Positions 47,927 through 58,186 of a stretch of DNA of 64,000 bases are shown piece by piece (position 1 is the first letter of the stretch; every line of letters starts with the position of its first letter). Where the stretch lies: the NCBI GenBank assembly GCA_964537475.1, contig CAZIBY010000002.1, positions 209,331 to 273,330 of the forward strand, read 5' to 3'. The stretch is from an uncultured Chitinophagaceae bacterium (GTDB lineage: Bacteria > Bacteroidota > Bacteroidia > Chitinophagales > LD1). Both the position numbers and the translations under genes were made by a program. Under the pieces are notes generated by a model. The model was not told the DNA's origin. It saw nothing but the letters and a program-made list of their open reading frames with translations, and did not search any database.

Positions 47927-50233
47927 ATGCGCCGCCGTCTTCTTATCCTAGCCAAGTATACTGCTATCACAGGCGTCTGCGCGTTCCTGCTTTTCCTCCT
48001 GCTCAATGCTACTTTCCCGCTGCATGACGATATCCAGTACTCTACCGTAGTCACTGATCGCAAAGGCAACGTGCTCCACGCCTTCCTCACGCCGGACCAG
48101 AAGTGGCGCATGAAGACGGAGCTGCGCGAGCTGTCACCTACGCTCAAAAAAACACTCATCTACAAAGAAGACAAGTTCTTCTACCACCACCCCGGTGTCA
48201 ATCCCATCGCTATCGTCCGCGCGGTCTTCATGAATATCTTTCACCTGAAGCGTACCTCCGGCGCCTCTACCATCACCATGCAGGTGGCGCGTATGATGGA
48301 GCCGCGGCGCCGCACCTATGCCAGCAAGGTAATCGAGATGTTCCGCGCCTTTCAGCTAGAGTGGAAATACAGCAAGGAGGAGATACTACAGCTCTACTTC
48401 GATCTGGTGCCTTACGGCAGCAATATCGAGGGCGTCAAATCAGCCTCGGTGCTCTTCTTTCAGAAGCCACCGCAGAAGCTCAGCCTGGCAGAGGTCACAG
48501 CGCTGAGTATCGTACCAAATCGCCCCTCCTCCCTGCGCATGGGCGGTCACAATGACGTGATCGTACTGGAGCGGAATAAGTGGCTGAAGCGCTTTGAGGA
48601 GGATGGCCTCTTCCCTCACAAAGATGTAGCAGATGCCATAGACGAACCGCTCACCGTCTCGCGTCACAGCTCACCGGGATATGCACCGCACCTATCCCTG
48701 CGTATGAAGCGCCAATACAAGGACAACGTCCAGACCACGCTGGACCTCAATATGCAGATGAAGGTAGAAAAGCTGGTGGCAGACTACTCTCAGACCCAGC
48801 AGATCAAGGGCATCAAAAATGCCGCCGTGATAGTGATAGACAATCGCTCTCACGAGGTGGTGGCCTACGTGGGCTCTGCCGACTGGCACTCTACCTCTGA
48901 CGGGGGCCAGGTAGATGGCATCCGCGCCATACGCCAGCCGGGCAGTACGCTGAAGCCGCTCCTCTACGGCCTCTGCATAGATAAAGGCCTGCTCACACCC
49001 AAGACGGTGATGTATGACGTACCGATCAATATCAACGGCTATACGCCGGAGAACTTTGACCAGAAGTTTAACGGCTACGTCACGATGGAATATGCACTGG
49101 CCAACTCCCTGAACATACCGGCGGTCAAATGCCTCAACGAGCTAGGCAAGGAGCGCCTGATAGGCAAACTGATAGAGACTGACTTCAGGCAGATCAAAAA
49201 AGACCAGAATAAACTCGGCCTCTCCGTGATACTCGGCGGCTGCGGCGTCACACTGGAGGAGATGGCTGCGCTCTACTCCTCATTCGGCTGTGGCGGCATT
49301 TACTACAAACCCATCTACATCAAAGGAGACACGGTGAGCAAGCACCTCCAGTTGCTCTCACCATCGGCTAACTTTATGATCAATGAGATCCTGTCTAATC
49401 CTGCTCGCCCGGAGCTGCCCTTTAGCTGGGAGAGCAGCGAGCATACCCCGCGCATAGCCTGGAAGACCGGCACCAGCTACGGCCGCAAAGACGCCTGGAG
49501 TATCGGCTTCAATCATGACTATACCGTAGCCATCTGGCTGGGAAATTTCTCCGGTCAGGGCGTATCTGACCTGAGCGGCGCCAATACAGCCACTCCTCTC
49601 CTCTTCAAGATATTCAACAGTATAGACTACAACTCTACACAAGACTGGTACCGGATGCCAAAGTCATGCGGCATCCGCCTGGTCTGCACGGAGACCGGTA
49701 TGCTACCGGGAGATAGGTGTACCAATACGCAGATGGACTACTTCATACCCGGCATCTCTCCCAATAAGACCTGCGACAACTATCAGGAGATAGCCGTAGA
49801 CCCCAAGGAGCAGATCTCATACTGCCGCTACTGTATGCCTGAGGCAGGCTACAAGAAAAAATACTATCGCATCGTACCGCCGGAGATGCAGCGCTTTTTT
49901 GAGGATAAGCGTGTAGACTACGAGCATGTGCCTCCGCACAATCCCGACTGCGACCGTGTCTTCCGTGCCGATGCGCCGCGCATCTCCTACCCGGTCAATG
50001 GCATCGAGTATTTCATAGACAAAAACAATCCGGAGCCGCTCCAGCTCATCTGCCAGGTGACCAATGATGTGAAGGATGTGTACTGGTATGTGAATGATAA
50101 GTTCTACCGCAAGGCACCTGCGCGTGAGAAGATATTTGTAGTGCCCACAGAGGGCAATGTGAAACTATCCTGCACTGATGACAAGGGTCGCAACAGCAAC
50201 ATCCGCATCAAAGTCCGCTACGTAAAGATCTGA
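47927..50233 (+). CDS. pbpC: penicillin-binding protein 1C (bifunctional transglycosylase/transpeptidase-like)
   Basis: GT51 motifs 'EDKFFYHHPGVNP' and 'GASTITMQVAR', transpeptidase motif 'PGSTLKP', and the extra C-terminal domain typical of PBP1C. Confidence 0.9.
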   Translation: MRRRLLILAKYTAITGVCAFLLFLLLNATFPLHDDIQYSTVVTDRKGNVLHAFLTPDQKWRMKTELRELSPTLKKTLIYKEDKFFYHHPGVNPIAIVRAVFMNIFHLKRTSGASTITMQVARMMEPRRRTYASKVIEMFRAFQLEWKYSKEEILQLYFDLVPYGSNIEGVKSASVLFFQKPPQKLSLAEVTALSIVPNRPSSLRMGGHNDVIVLERNKWLKRFEEDGLFPHKDVADAIDEPLTVSRHSSPGYAPHLSLRMKRQYKDNVQTTLDLNMQMKVEKLVADYSQTQQIKGIKNAAVIVIDNRSHEVVAYVGSADWHSTSDGGQVDGIRAIRQPGSTLKPLLYGLCIDKGLLTPKTVMYDVPININGYTPENFDQKFNGYVTMEYALANSLNIPAVKCLNELGKERLIGKLIETDFRQIKKDQNKLGLSVILGGCGVTLEEMAALYSSFGCGGIYYKPIYIKGDTVSKHLQLLSPSANFMINEILSNPARPELPFSWESSEHTPRIAWKTGTSYGRKDAWSIGFNHDYTVAIWLGNFSGQGVSDLSGANTATPLLFKIFNSIDYNSTQDWYRMPKSCGIRLVCTETGMLPGDRCTNTQMDYFIPGISPNKTCDNYQEIAVDPKEQISYCRYCMPEAGYKKKYYRIVPPEMQRFFEDKRVDYEHVPPHNPDCDRVFRADAPRISYPVNGIEYFIDKNNPEPLQLICQVTNDVKDVYWYVNDKFYRKAPAREKIFVVPTEGNVKLSCTDDKGRNSNIRIKVRYVKI

Positions 50234-50315
50234 TTCGCGTACCGTAGAGCCGCAATACCTTTCGGCTTCACAAAGGCTATATACCTATATCGGTAGAAGG
50301 AATTTATCTAAAAAA

Positions 50316-50343
50316 GTAGGGACAGATCGCGACCTGTCCCTAC
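50316..50343. repeat. REP palindrome gtagggacag-atcgcgac-ctgtccctac
   Basis: Perfect 10-bp stem around a TCGCGA core in the intergenic region between convergent genes. Confidence 0.7.
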
Positions 50344-50416
50344 CCTCCACAAGAATGCGTCTCGTGCTATAAAAAAACTAAACTACCGAACTCCGAGATC
50401 GCCGATCCGAAATCAT

Positions 50417-52996
50417 TTACGATCCTGTAGCCGGTTCTTCTTCTGTCACCTTTTTCTTTGGCCATATCTTGCCCCACTGATAGGTGAGCTGCACGGTCAG
50501 GCTGGCGGGCGCCTCTACGAAACCCGGACGCAGCACATAGCCCCGGTCCGTGATATTTTTGGCTATCACAGTAGCGGTGAAGCGGTCCTTCCAGTTGTAT
50601 CCCACACGGGCATCTACTATGAAGTTGCCCTTAGGATTGGCGGCATTGTACCAGTCTGCTATCTTAGGCAGGGAGGCGATCTGGTCCAGTTGCAGCACCT
50701 TGCCCAGGTAGACACAGGTAGCACCCACTATGAACCCCTTGTAGGTGGTCTGCACGTCAGCCTTGGCTGAGTGGCGCATACGGTAGTAGAGATATTGCTG
50801 AGAGCCTGCCACGTTAGGATTGTAGTCCAGATTGCGCGGCACCATATAGTTATACCCCAGCAGGAAGTTTAGCGGCACACCAAATATTTTGCCGGTACCG
50901 ATAGCAGATACTTCTATACCCCATATCTGGGCGCGTGTGATGTTCTTAGCCTGCTCAAAGAGGAAATCCCTCGGATACTGGGTCTTGATATAGTCCGGTG
51001 CCTGGGAGCGGTTGATATTGATAAACTCGATCAGGTTATTGTAGCGGCTCAGGTAGGCAGCCAGGTCAGCGTAAAATACCCAGCGGCTAAACTTCATGCC
51101 TTGCTTGATACCCACTTCAGCATTCCATCCGTTTTCGGGCTTCAGGTTTGGGTTAGGTATAGCTACCACACCCGCACGGCGGATATTGACAAACTGCTCC
51201 GCAATATCCGGGAACCTGTACCCCTGCCCGAATGATGCACGGAGGAAGGTACCCTCAGTGACCTGATAGTTGATACCCACATTCACGATCGGCTTTACAG
51301 CGGAGTATTTTTTGCTGGTAGAGTCCCTGCCCGCCAGTGTATTCAGGAAGGTCAGCTCATTGCGCGCTGCGACAGTATCCAGCTTATTATACTCCAGCGA
51401 GAGGCCCACCTTGACGGTAAACTTGCCGCCAAAACGCTTCTCACCCTGCGCGTACACCGCACCGTAGTGGGCGTACTTTTCACCAAAGGTGTGGCTGTTT
51501 ATTTTCTTATAGCTGTAGCGCACACCGGCTGCTATATCAGCATCCTGCTTCTTAAACCGCTTGGTGTACACGTACTCAGTATAGATCTTATTGGATTTGC
51601 TGCTATCACCATTGGTGCTGTAGCTCTGTACATAGTAGTACGACATACGCAGGGTATGTTTGCCATCAGCCTTGTCGTGATAGGCCACATATGGATTCAC
51701 ATTCACGGCATTCACACGTACATAGGCGGGCTGGTAGGGCACCAGTACCAGGCTATCCTGAGTAGGGTTGCGCGGAGTACCATTAGTAGATGTCAGCGTG
51801 TCATTATAGTTGGTATACAGGAAGAAGTCATCATACCTATTGAAATAGTAGTTCACGTTACCGCCTATAGACAGGCTCTGCAGTTTATGAGGTATATAGC
51901 GCAGCTTCAGGAAGGTCCTTACCAGCAGGTTCTTATTCTGTGCAGTGTATCCTGCGTTAGAGTTCAGCGCACCGTCAAAGAGGACGTCCACATCACCATA
52001 CTTGCGTGCGTGGACATAGGCCAGGTTGGCAAAGGCATTAGGCACTGCTGCGCGCCTTTTACCAAAGTTATTTTTGAAGTCGGTCCAGCGCTGACTGTCA
52101 AACCACGTCCAGCTTTTGTCCAGGTAGGGCATGTAGCCACCGGAGTTGACATATATCTTGTTGAACGGCTCATCTTTGTGGGCATTGATCGTACGCACGT
52201 TCACCATCGCATTGAGCGCCTGGGCACCATAGGATACTGTAGCCGGTCCTTTCACTATCTCCATCTGGTCTATAGCCTCGGTAGGCAGGCTCTCCCAGCG
52301 CACGCTGCCATTCTCAGGGCTGACCAGCGGCACATCATCCAGCATGACCAGGGTACGGTTGCTCGTCTCCGCCGCAAAGCCGCTGCCACCGCGCACACTG
52401 ATGGTCTTGCCCAGCATGTTCACACCCGGCACTTTATTCATAGCCTCTGTGATACCCTGTGCGCTATTGGTGATATTCTGTCCTTTCAGTACTTCTATAG
52501 ACTGCGTCTGCTCACCGAGCTTCTTCTCTACCTTATTGCCTGATACGACCACGATATCCAGCTCGCGTGATTTGTCGGTCATTTTGATGTTCACCACTTT
52601 CGGAGCATCCTTCACACCTATGATATCTGCCTGGCGCTCCTGATAGCCTACGTAGGTATATAGCAGCGTGGTGATCACACCCGGTGTCACCTCCAGGCTA
52701 TAGTTGCCATCTATATCGGTGCGCGTGCCGTTGGTAGTTCCTTTTACTACGATATTGACCCCTATCATCGGGGCATCGCCCTTTTCATCTGTCACTGTGC
52801 CTTTGATAATGGCCTTGCTGGCGGTAGGTGCCGCCGGCGGTGGCGTGACGGCAGGAGCAGCAGCAGGTACGATGGTATCTACGGCAGGGACTACGCTGGC
52901 AGGGCTATCTACAGCCGCTGGTTTTGTGCTATCCTGCTGCGCAGAAACCCGCAACAACAGACTGGAAAATACAATAGCGTAAACAAACTTCTTCAT
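50417..52996 (-). CDS. TonB-dependent receptor with an N-terminal carboxypeptidase-regulatory-like domain
   Basis: Signal peptide, a Pro/Ala-rich linker, then 'IKGTVTDEKGDAPMIGVNIVVKGT', a plug domain, and a beta-barrel whose last strands run into a short polar C-terminal tail. Confidence 0.85.
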   Translation of the reverse strand: MKKFVYAIVFSSLLLRVSAQQDSTKPAAVDSPASVVPAVDTIVPAAAPAVTPPPAAPTASKAIIKGTVTDEKGDAPMIGVNIVVKGTTNGTRTDIDGNYSLEVTPGVITTLLYTYVGYQERQADIIGVKDAPKVVNIKMTDKSRELDIVVVSGNKVEKKLGEQTQSIEVLKGQNITNSAQGITEAMNKVPGVNMLGKTISVRGGSGFAAETSNRTLVMLDDVPLVSPENGSVRWESLPTEAIDQMEIVKGPATVSYGAQALNAMVNVRTINAHKDEPFNKIYVNSGGYMPYLDKSWTWFDSQRWTDFKNNFGKRRAAVPNAFANLAYVHARKYGDVDVLFDGALNSNAGYTAQNKNLLVRTFLKLRYIPHKLQSLSIGGNVNYYFNRYDDFFLYTNYNDTLTSTNGTPRNPTQDSLVLVPYQPAYVRVNAVNVNPYVAYHDKADGKHTLRMSYYYVQSYSTNGDSSKSNKIYTEYVYTKRFKKQDADIAAGVRYSYKKINSHTFGEKYAHYGAVYAQGEKRFGGKFTVKVGLSLEYNKLDTVAARNELTFLNTLAGRDSTSKKYSAVKPIVNVGINYQVTEGTFLRASFGQGYRFPDIAEQFVNIRRAGVVAIPNPNLKPENGWNAEVGIKQGMKFSRWVFYADLAAYLSRYNNLIEFININRSQAPDYIKTQYPRDFLFEQAKNITRAQIWGIEVSAIGTGKIFGVPLNFLLGYNYMVPRNLDYNPNVAGSQQYLYYRMRHSAKADVQTTYKGFIVGATCVYLGKVLQLDQIASLPKIADWYNAANPKGNFIVDARVGYNWKDRFTATVIAKNITDRGYVLRPGFVEAPASLTVQLTYQWGKIWPKKKVTEEEPATGS

Positions 52997-53248
52997 TTAT
53001 CAAGCTTAAGCGAACTAATCTTTTTTTTAAACAAACAGAGTAAAGTTAGTTTTTTCCCCAAGGTTAAAAAGAAGTTAATCCCCCATGTTATTAACATGCT
53101 TACCCTCAAATGTGCTGATTCCGCCGATACATTTCAAGACAATATACTGACAGTCACCATAGTAGTAGCTAGATCCCGCTCAAAGTTGTGACATAACTGA
53201 AACATGCTGATCTCACTTTTCTTACCCAAAGCCCCTATCTTAGTAAGC

Positions 53249-53737
53249 ATGAAAACTATCATCCTGCTTATCATCTTTGTAGCCGCTCTTCATGTGCCAC
53301 TTTCTGCGCAGCAGACTGTCTTGGCACGCGCACCACACTGTGCAGGCATTCCGTCTTATAAGATACTGTTTGCTGCTGCTCCCTCTGCCGAGTCCTATAG
53401 CCGGGGCACCGACCTACTCGTCTGCGTCACCAGAGACCGAAAGGTCATGCAGGCATACGCCAAACGTCCGCTCATGCTCTCTCAAGAAAAGATCAGAAAA
53501 CTACGTACGACATCTATAGTATTGGCTGCCGTAGGCGGAGGGCTCCATCTGCTCGGTTTCAGTATGAATGCGGCTGCCAGCCATACGTATAACTATCCGG
53601 CGCGAAATGCCATGTATGGTACCGGCGGCATAGCCAACATTGTAGGTTTAGCGGTAGGCTTGGCTGATGTAGGCACTTGGATAGCCTATGCATGCGCATT
53701 GAAAAAGTACAAGCACCAGCATGATACTGTAAAATAA
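53249..53737 (+). CDS. small secreted/membrane-anchored protein, tandem paralog A
   Basis: Starts MKTIILLIIF. Has a C-terminal Gly-rich TM pair and '...GTWIAYACALKKYKHQ'. Confidence 0.55.
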   Translation: MKTIILLIIFVAALHVPLSAQQTVLARAPHCAGIPSYKILFAAAPSAESYSRGTDLLVCVTRDRKVMQAYAKRPLMLSQEKIRKLRTTSIVLAAVGGGLHLLGFSMNAAASHTYNYPARNAMYGTGGIANIVGLAVGLADVGTWIAYACALKKYKHQHDTVK

Positions 53738-53753
53738 CCATACCGCAACGATC

Positions 53754-54212
53754 ATGAAAACCATTATCCTTTTGCTTTTCATCCTGTTGCTAGTCAGGGG
53801 ACATATTCATGCCCAGGGTATGAGCGGCACGGGATCCCTATACATATCTGGCCCCAATGAGCCATCCTGCAATAGATCAGTGGTCAGAAAAAGTCCTGAT
53901 CTGATCCTAAGCCCTGTGCTAAGTACTGCATCCGGAGTGAAAAATACCGTCTCCCTTCAGCAGCTCAAAAGGCTGCGGATAGCTTCTGTAGTATTATCTT
54001 CCATAGCGGGCACCTTGCAACTGACAGGCACAGGCTTGGTACTGTCTGGAGTGTCAAATCCTAATCCCAATAATGCCTTTGGCAACGAACTAGTAGGTGC
54101 TATAGCTTTATATAGTGGTACGGTACCAGCCGCAGCGGGCCTTGGTACCTGGATAGCCTACGGGTGCAGGCTCCATAGGTACAAGCGGCAGCAGGCTATG
54201 GGGCAATTCTGA
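53754..54212 (+). CDS. small secreted/membrane-anchored protein, tandem paralog B
   Basis: Starts MKTIILLLFI. The C-terminal '...GTWIAYGCRLHRYKRQ' parallels paralog A. Confidence 0.55.
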   Translation: MKTIILLLFILLLVRGHIHAQGMSGTGSLYISGPNEPSCNRSVVRKSPDLILSPVLSTASGVKNTVSLQQLKRLRIASVVLSSIAGTLQLTGTGLVLSGVSNPNPNNAFGNELVGAIALYSGTVPAAAGLGTWIAYGCRLHRYKRQQAMGQF

Positions 54213-54213
54213 T

Positions 54214-55680
54214 CTACAGCCTATCCAGAAATCTCTCTGCTACAGTCATATGATGATGCAGTTTAGCTTTATCCATACCCCCTACCAGAGAGGCCATCAT
54301 ACTCATACGCGGGTTGGCCGCAAAGACTGCCCGGTGCTCATGGATGAAGCGCCAGTAGAGGGCATCCCATATTTCGCACCACGGCCCCTTGGGGTAGTTG
54401 CTCATCTTCAGCAGGTAGTTGCTGCCTGATATATACGGCTTCGTGCTCATCAGGCCGCCATCTGCATATTGGCTCATGCCATACACATTGGGCACCATGA
54501 CCCAGTCATAGCTGTCTATATACAGCTCCATAAACCAGCGGTACACCTCATCCGTCCTGATGCCGCACAGCAGCATAAAGTTGCCCAGCACCATGAGCCG
54601 CTCTATATGGTGTGTATAGCCTGTATCGAGCAGGCGCTCTATGGCCATATCTACCGGTGGCAGCCCGGTGGTGCCATGGTATAGTGCCTGCGGCATCGGT
54701 CTCGTATGCCCCCAGAAGTCCCGCTTGCGCTGATAGACGCCGCGCTCGGTATATAGAGCGCGGATATACTCCCTCCAGCCCAGCACCTGCCTCACGAAGC
54801 CCTCCAGAGAGTTGACCGGGATGCCGTGTGCAGCAGCGTATGCTATGGCGCGCTCTACCACATCTGATGGCTGCAGCAGGCCCACATTCAGCATAGGCGT
54901 CAGTATGCTGTGATAGAGCCAGCGCTCCGCCCCTGCTATGGCATCCTGATAGATACCAAAACCTGCAAAGCGCTCCTTCAAAAAACTCTCCAGCCAGCGC
55001 TCCGCGTCCTCATGAGTAGTTGGATACCAGGTCCGGTCTATGCTGCCGGGGTTGCTACCGAAGTGCTGATATACGTATTTTCTCGCCTCGGCTATGAAAC
55101 TGTTTTCCTCTACCGGTGGCAGTGGGGGGATCGTTATTCCTTTGGGCAACTTCTTCCTGTTCTCAGAGTCATAGGTCCATTTGCCACCCAGCGGTTTGCC
55201 TTTGTCCAGCATGATGTCATACTTCCTGCGCAGGTGCACATAGTAGTCTGTCAGGTAGTATTTGTGCTCCGCAAAATAAGCCGTGTTATCCGCACGACTG
55301 TGGAGGAAGTTTGGGCTCTCAGACATCACCAGCCGCATCTCATGCCGCGCTGCATAGCGGTGCAGGCGGCGCTCCAGCAGGTAGTCCGTCGTATCAGCAT
55401 AGTGGCATACCTGCACACCGCTCGCTGCCATCTGCGCAAACAAGGCACCGGTCTCTGCTGCCGTACTTTGACACTCTATATAGCGCACCAGATAACCCTG
55501 CCTCCGCAGATAGTCTTCATAGTACTTCATAGTAGCCCGGTGCAGCAGCAGCTTCTGCTTGTGAAACGGATACTGCAGAAAGAAAAGCCCATCTTCTATA
55601 AGGTACACCTCTCTCCCCTTACTCAGAGCGGGATGATCTTTGTAAAGCTGGTGCGGGAATATCAGCGTGACAGCTGTCAT
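54214..55680 (-). CDS. cryptochrome/photolyase-family protein of the COG3046 (FeS-BCP / bacterial (6-4)-photolyase-like) type
   Basis: 488 aa. The N-terminus 'LIFPHQLY...YLIED..FF' and the C-terminal 'HIERLMVLGNFMLL', 'DWVMVPNVYGMSQYADGG' and 'TKPYISGSNYLLKMS' motifs are family-typical. Confidence 0.8.
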   Translation of the reverse strand: MTAVTLIFPHQLYKDHPALSKGREVYLIEDGLFFLQYPFHKQKLLLHRATMKYYEDYLRRQGYLVRYIECQSTAAETGALFAQMAASGVQVCHYADTTDYLLERRLHRYAARHEMRLVMSESPNFLHSRADNTAYFAEHKYYLTDYYVHLRRKYDIMLDKGKPLGGKWTYDSENRKKLPKGITIPPLPPVEENSFIAEARKYVYQHFGSNPGSIDRTWYPTTHEDAERWLESFLKERFAGFGIYQDAIAGAERWLYHSILTPMLNVGLLQPSDVVERAIAYAAAHGIPVNSLEGFVRQVLGWREYIRALYTERGVYQRKRDFWGHTRPMPQALYHGTTGLPPVDMAIERLLDTGYTHHIERLMVLGNFMLLCGIRTDEVYRWFMELYIDSYDWVMVPNVYGMSQYADGGLMSTKPYISGSNYLLKMSNYPKGPWCEIWDALYWRFIHEHRAVFAANPRMSMMASLVGGMDKAKLHHHMTVAERFLDRL

Positions 55681-55742
55681 AACAAGATAACCATCTGCCG
55701 GCCTAAAATGTTTTGGCCGATGATTTGATATATTTGAGTGCG

Positions 55743-56384
55743 ATGATGGTCAGAAAATATACCAGCCTCCTTATTGCCGCAGTGCTGCTCACAGCGCTGA
55801 TGGCCTTTAGCAGTGGTACTGCGCATCGATCTCTGGTGGTGCGCGAGTGGATGTCTGATGCCTACTATCAGATACGGCCTACGTTTTATACCTATGATGA
55901 GCAGGGTCGCCTCATACGCACTGTATCAGAAAATCCCGACACATTTGTAGTGACCAATACCTATACGCCAGGCAGTATCATCTCCGTCACTGAGATGAGC
56001 AGCTCTCACCTCACAGACACGCTCATCTATCAGCTCAATAGCGCGGGCCTGATCATAGCAGACAATCATGACAACCACTATACCTACAATAGTGACGGCC
56101 ACCTGATCAAAGGCGCGCTGGATGAAACATACACATGGGATGGCAACGACATGGCCACACATACCTATACCAATGGCAATGGCACTCATGTAGTAGCATA
56201 CGTCTACTCCAATATACCTGACACGAGAAACTATGGCGATGCTGCCTGGGGCTTCCGGTCAGAGCATCTGGTGCTGTCCGAGTCCGATCCGCCCAATACG
56301 ATCACGCACAAATACCTCTTTGATGAGCAGGGCCGCGTGATCACTGATAGTGCCGGCGCCAATATCTATCACTACTACTATTAG
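55743..56384 (+). CDS. YD-repeat-like secreted protein
   Basis: Signal anchor, then repeated 'YTYDEQGRLI', 'YTYNSDGHLI' and 'YLFDEQGRVI' motifs. Confidence 0.6.
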   Translation: MMVRKYTSLLIAAVLLTALMAFSSGTAHRSLVVREWMSDAYYQIRPTFYTYDEQGRLIRTVSENPDTFVVTNTYTPGSIISVTEMSSSHLTDTLIYQLNSAGLIIADNHDNHYTYNSDGHLIKGALDETYTWDGNDMATHTYTNGNGTHVVAYVYSNIPDTRNYGDAAWGFRSEHLVLSESDPPNTITHKYLFDEQGRVITDSAGANIYHYYY

Positions 56385-56518
56385 CAGCTTCCTTTCTACG
56401 CTCAGCAGGGGCCGGTGCAATCGTTTTAATATTAAGTTTTTATCACATTAAGATAAATTTCTTTTTATCAAAATCCCGGTGTACCTTACTCCTGTATAAC
56501 CATCTAAAACCAATCCCC

Positions 56519-57720
56519 ATGAAAAAAGTCCTTACCCCGCTACTTTTATTGCTGATAGCTACCCTGTCGCTACAGGCGCAGGAGCGCTCTCTATGCGTAG
56601 ACGACTCGCTGCGCCTCATCACAGGCTATGACCGCTATGCGCATGCCCTCATAGCCAATGGCCAGCCTGACCCAAACTGGACGGTGCTCTCCGGCCCGGG
56701 TGCCTCGCAGCTCAGCTTCCCATCGCCCGCATTTGTCGTGCCGCAGTATACAGGCTGGCACTACACCCTGCCAAACTCGGTCTGGATCTCACCATTCAAC
56801 TATGCCAATTATGGACAGAATAACTTTGACACGCCTTATGTCTTCCGCTATTCTTTCTGCCTGGCACAGCAGACTGTCATCAGCCTCTTTATGGAGGCGC
56901 TGGACGATGACCTCATTGCGGTTTACTTTGACGGCCAGTATATAGACAGCACCGATATCGGTTACAACTTTGTATCAGGCAATCAGGACACCTTCACTAT
57001 CAATCAGACCCTGATGGCAGGTGTGCACAACCTCGATATACGCCTCTACAATATCGGCGGTATAGCCATGGGGCTCAATGTACAGGGCTACATCACCAGC
57101 CTCTACGGCCTGCAGACTGATACCTGCTGCTTTACTAACGGTAGCTGCAACGGCTCCGTATACCGTGATCACAATGGTGACGGAAACCGCGAGCAGGCAC
57201 AGGTGGTACCCCTGTAGATGAGGGCCTGCCGGGCTGGAAGGTCGAGCTCACAGATGGCACAAACATATTTGACAAGACCACAGATATACACGGCGACTAT
57301 AGCTTTATGAATATAGCTCCGGGCAGCTACAATCTACAGGTGAGCAATCCATCTGGCGTCTACTACAGCTCTACACCTGTCACGATAGGTAAGCATACCG
57401 TATCTCTGAAAGAACTACCGGTGAGCAACGCTGCAGCGACTGCTGTCACTGACCTGGCTGCCGATGGCACCTTCATAAAGGTCTACCCTAACCCGTCATC
57501 TACGCTCGTACATATGGACTACTACCTCTCAGATGCAGCACCTGTCACGCTGCGCCTGCAGAATATGGAAGGCCAGACTGTGATGCAGGTACTGGATGAG
57601 AGCACTAAGAATCCCGGCACGTATCATCAGACCATCGACGTATCCCGGCTACCTGCGGGCGTGTACATCTACGAGCTGAATGCTGACCGGATGTACCGCG
57701 GCAGATTCATCAAAAAATAG
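56519..57720 (+). pseudogene. T9SS-sorted adhesin-like gene interrupted by a frameshift near 57181-57217
   Basis: ORF 56519..57217 ends within a 'DHNGDGN' SdrD-B-like motif. The continuation 'GGTPVDEGLPGWKVELTDG...' is open from 57181 in another frame. It runs to a T9SS CTD (VYPNPSS...LPAGVYIYEL...GRFIKK) ending at 57720. Confidence 0.7.
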
Positions 57721-57850
57721 AAAACAGCAGATCCGACCCTGCTCTTTGCAGGGCACGTTTACTCAGGCTAGTGAGCGTGCCGTTTTTGATTTTTCGGCAA
57801 ACACATACATCAGCTCAAAACAATGATAACCCTTGCTCACCAGGTTCTTT

Positions 57851-57900
57851 CATCTCCTTCGGAGAGGAAAGATGCCGAAGGCAGATAGGTGAGGTTATTT
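57851..57900. repeat. second copy of the tctccttcggagagg ... ggtgaggttat REP-like element
   Basis: Shares a 15-nt and an 11-nt identical block with 25659-25690. Confidence 0.65.
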
Positions 57901-58036
57901 TTAACACCTCCCCTGAAACCCTCACCCCCACTATGTTTCAGCCGTCTCCGCACCTTTCCACAAAAAATATTTTCTTCAAAAAGTTGGAAAATAAAATCGC
58001 CTGCCTATACTTTTGCATCGTGTTCTTTAAATAACG

Positions 58037-58149
58037 CTTATTCAGAAAGACCGAGGGACTGGCCCGATGACGTCTTGACAACCTCTCCCTGCCACAAGCA
58101 GGGGAAAGGTGCCAACTCCATCCTGACAATATCGTCAGGAGCAGATAAG
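58037..58149 (+). promoter_or_regulatory. SAM-I (S-box) riboswitch aptamer
   Basis: P1 cttat...ataag, plus the conserved gagggactggcccgatga, gacaacc and ggtgccaactcc blocks in the canonical order. Confidence 0.85.
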
Positions 58150-58186
58150 TGTAGATAGTTTGACATTAATATTTCAAGATATTAAA

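Noticed and set aside
50417-52996. Considered whether the TonB-dependent receptor is part of a SusC/SusD polysaccharide-utilisation locus.
   Set aside because: There is no SusD-like lipoprotein gene adjacent on either side, and no upstream riboswitch consensus was recognised.
57771-58158. ORFs 57771-58034 and 57889-58158 (87 and 89 aa).
   Set aside because: They are built from REP-like repeats and the SAM-I riboswitch aptamer. They show no coding-like composition or motifs.
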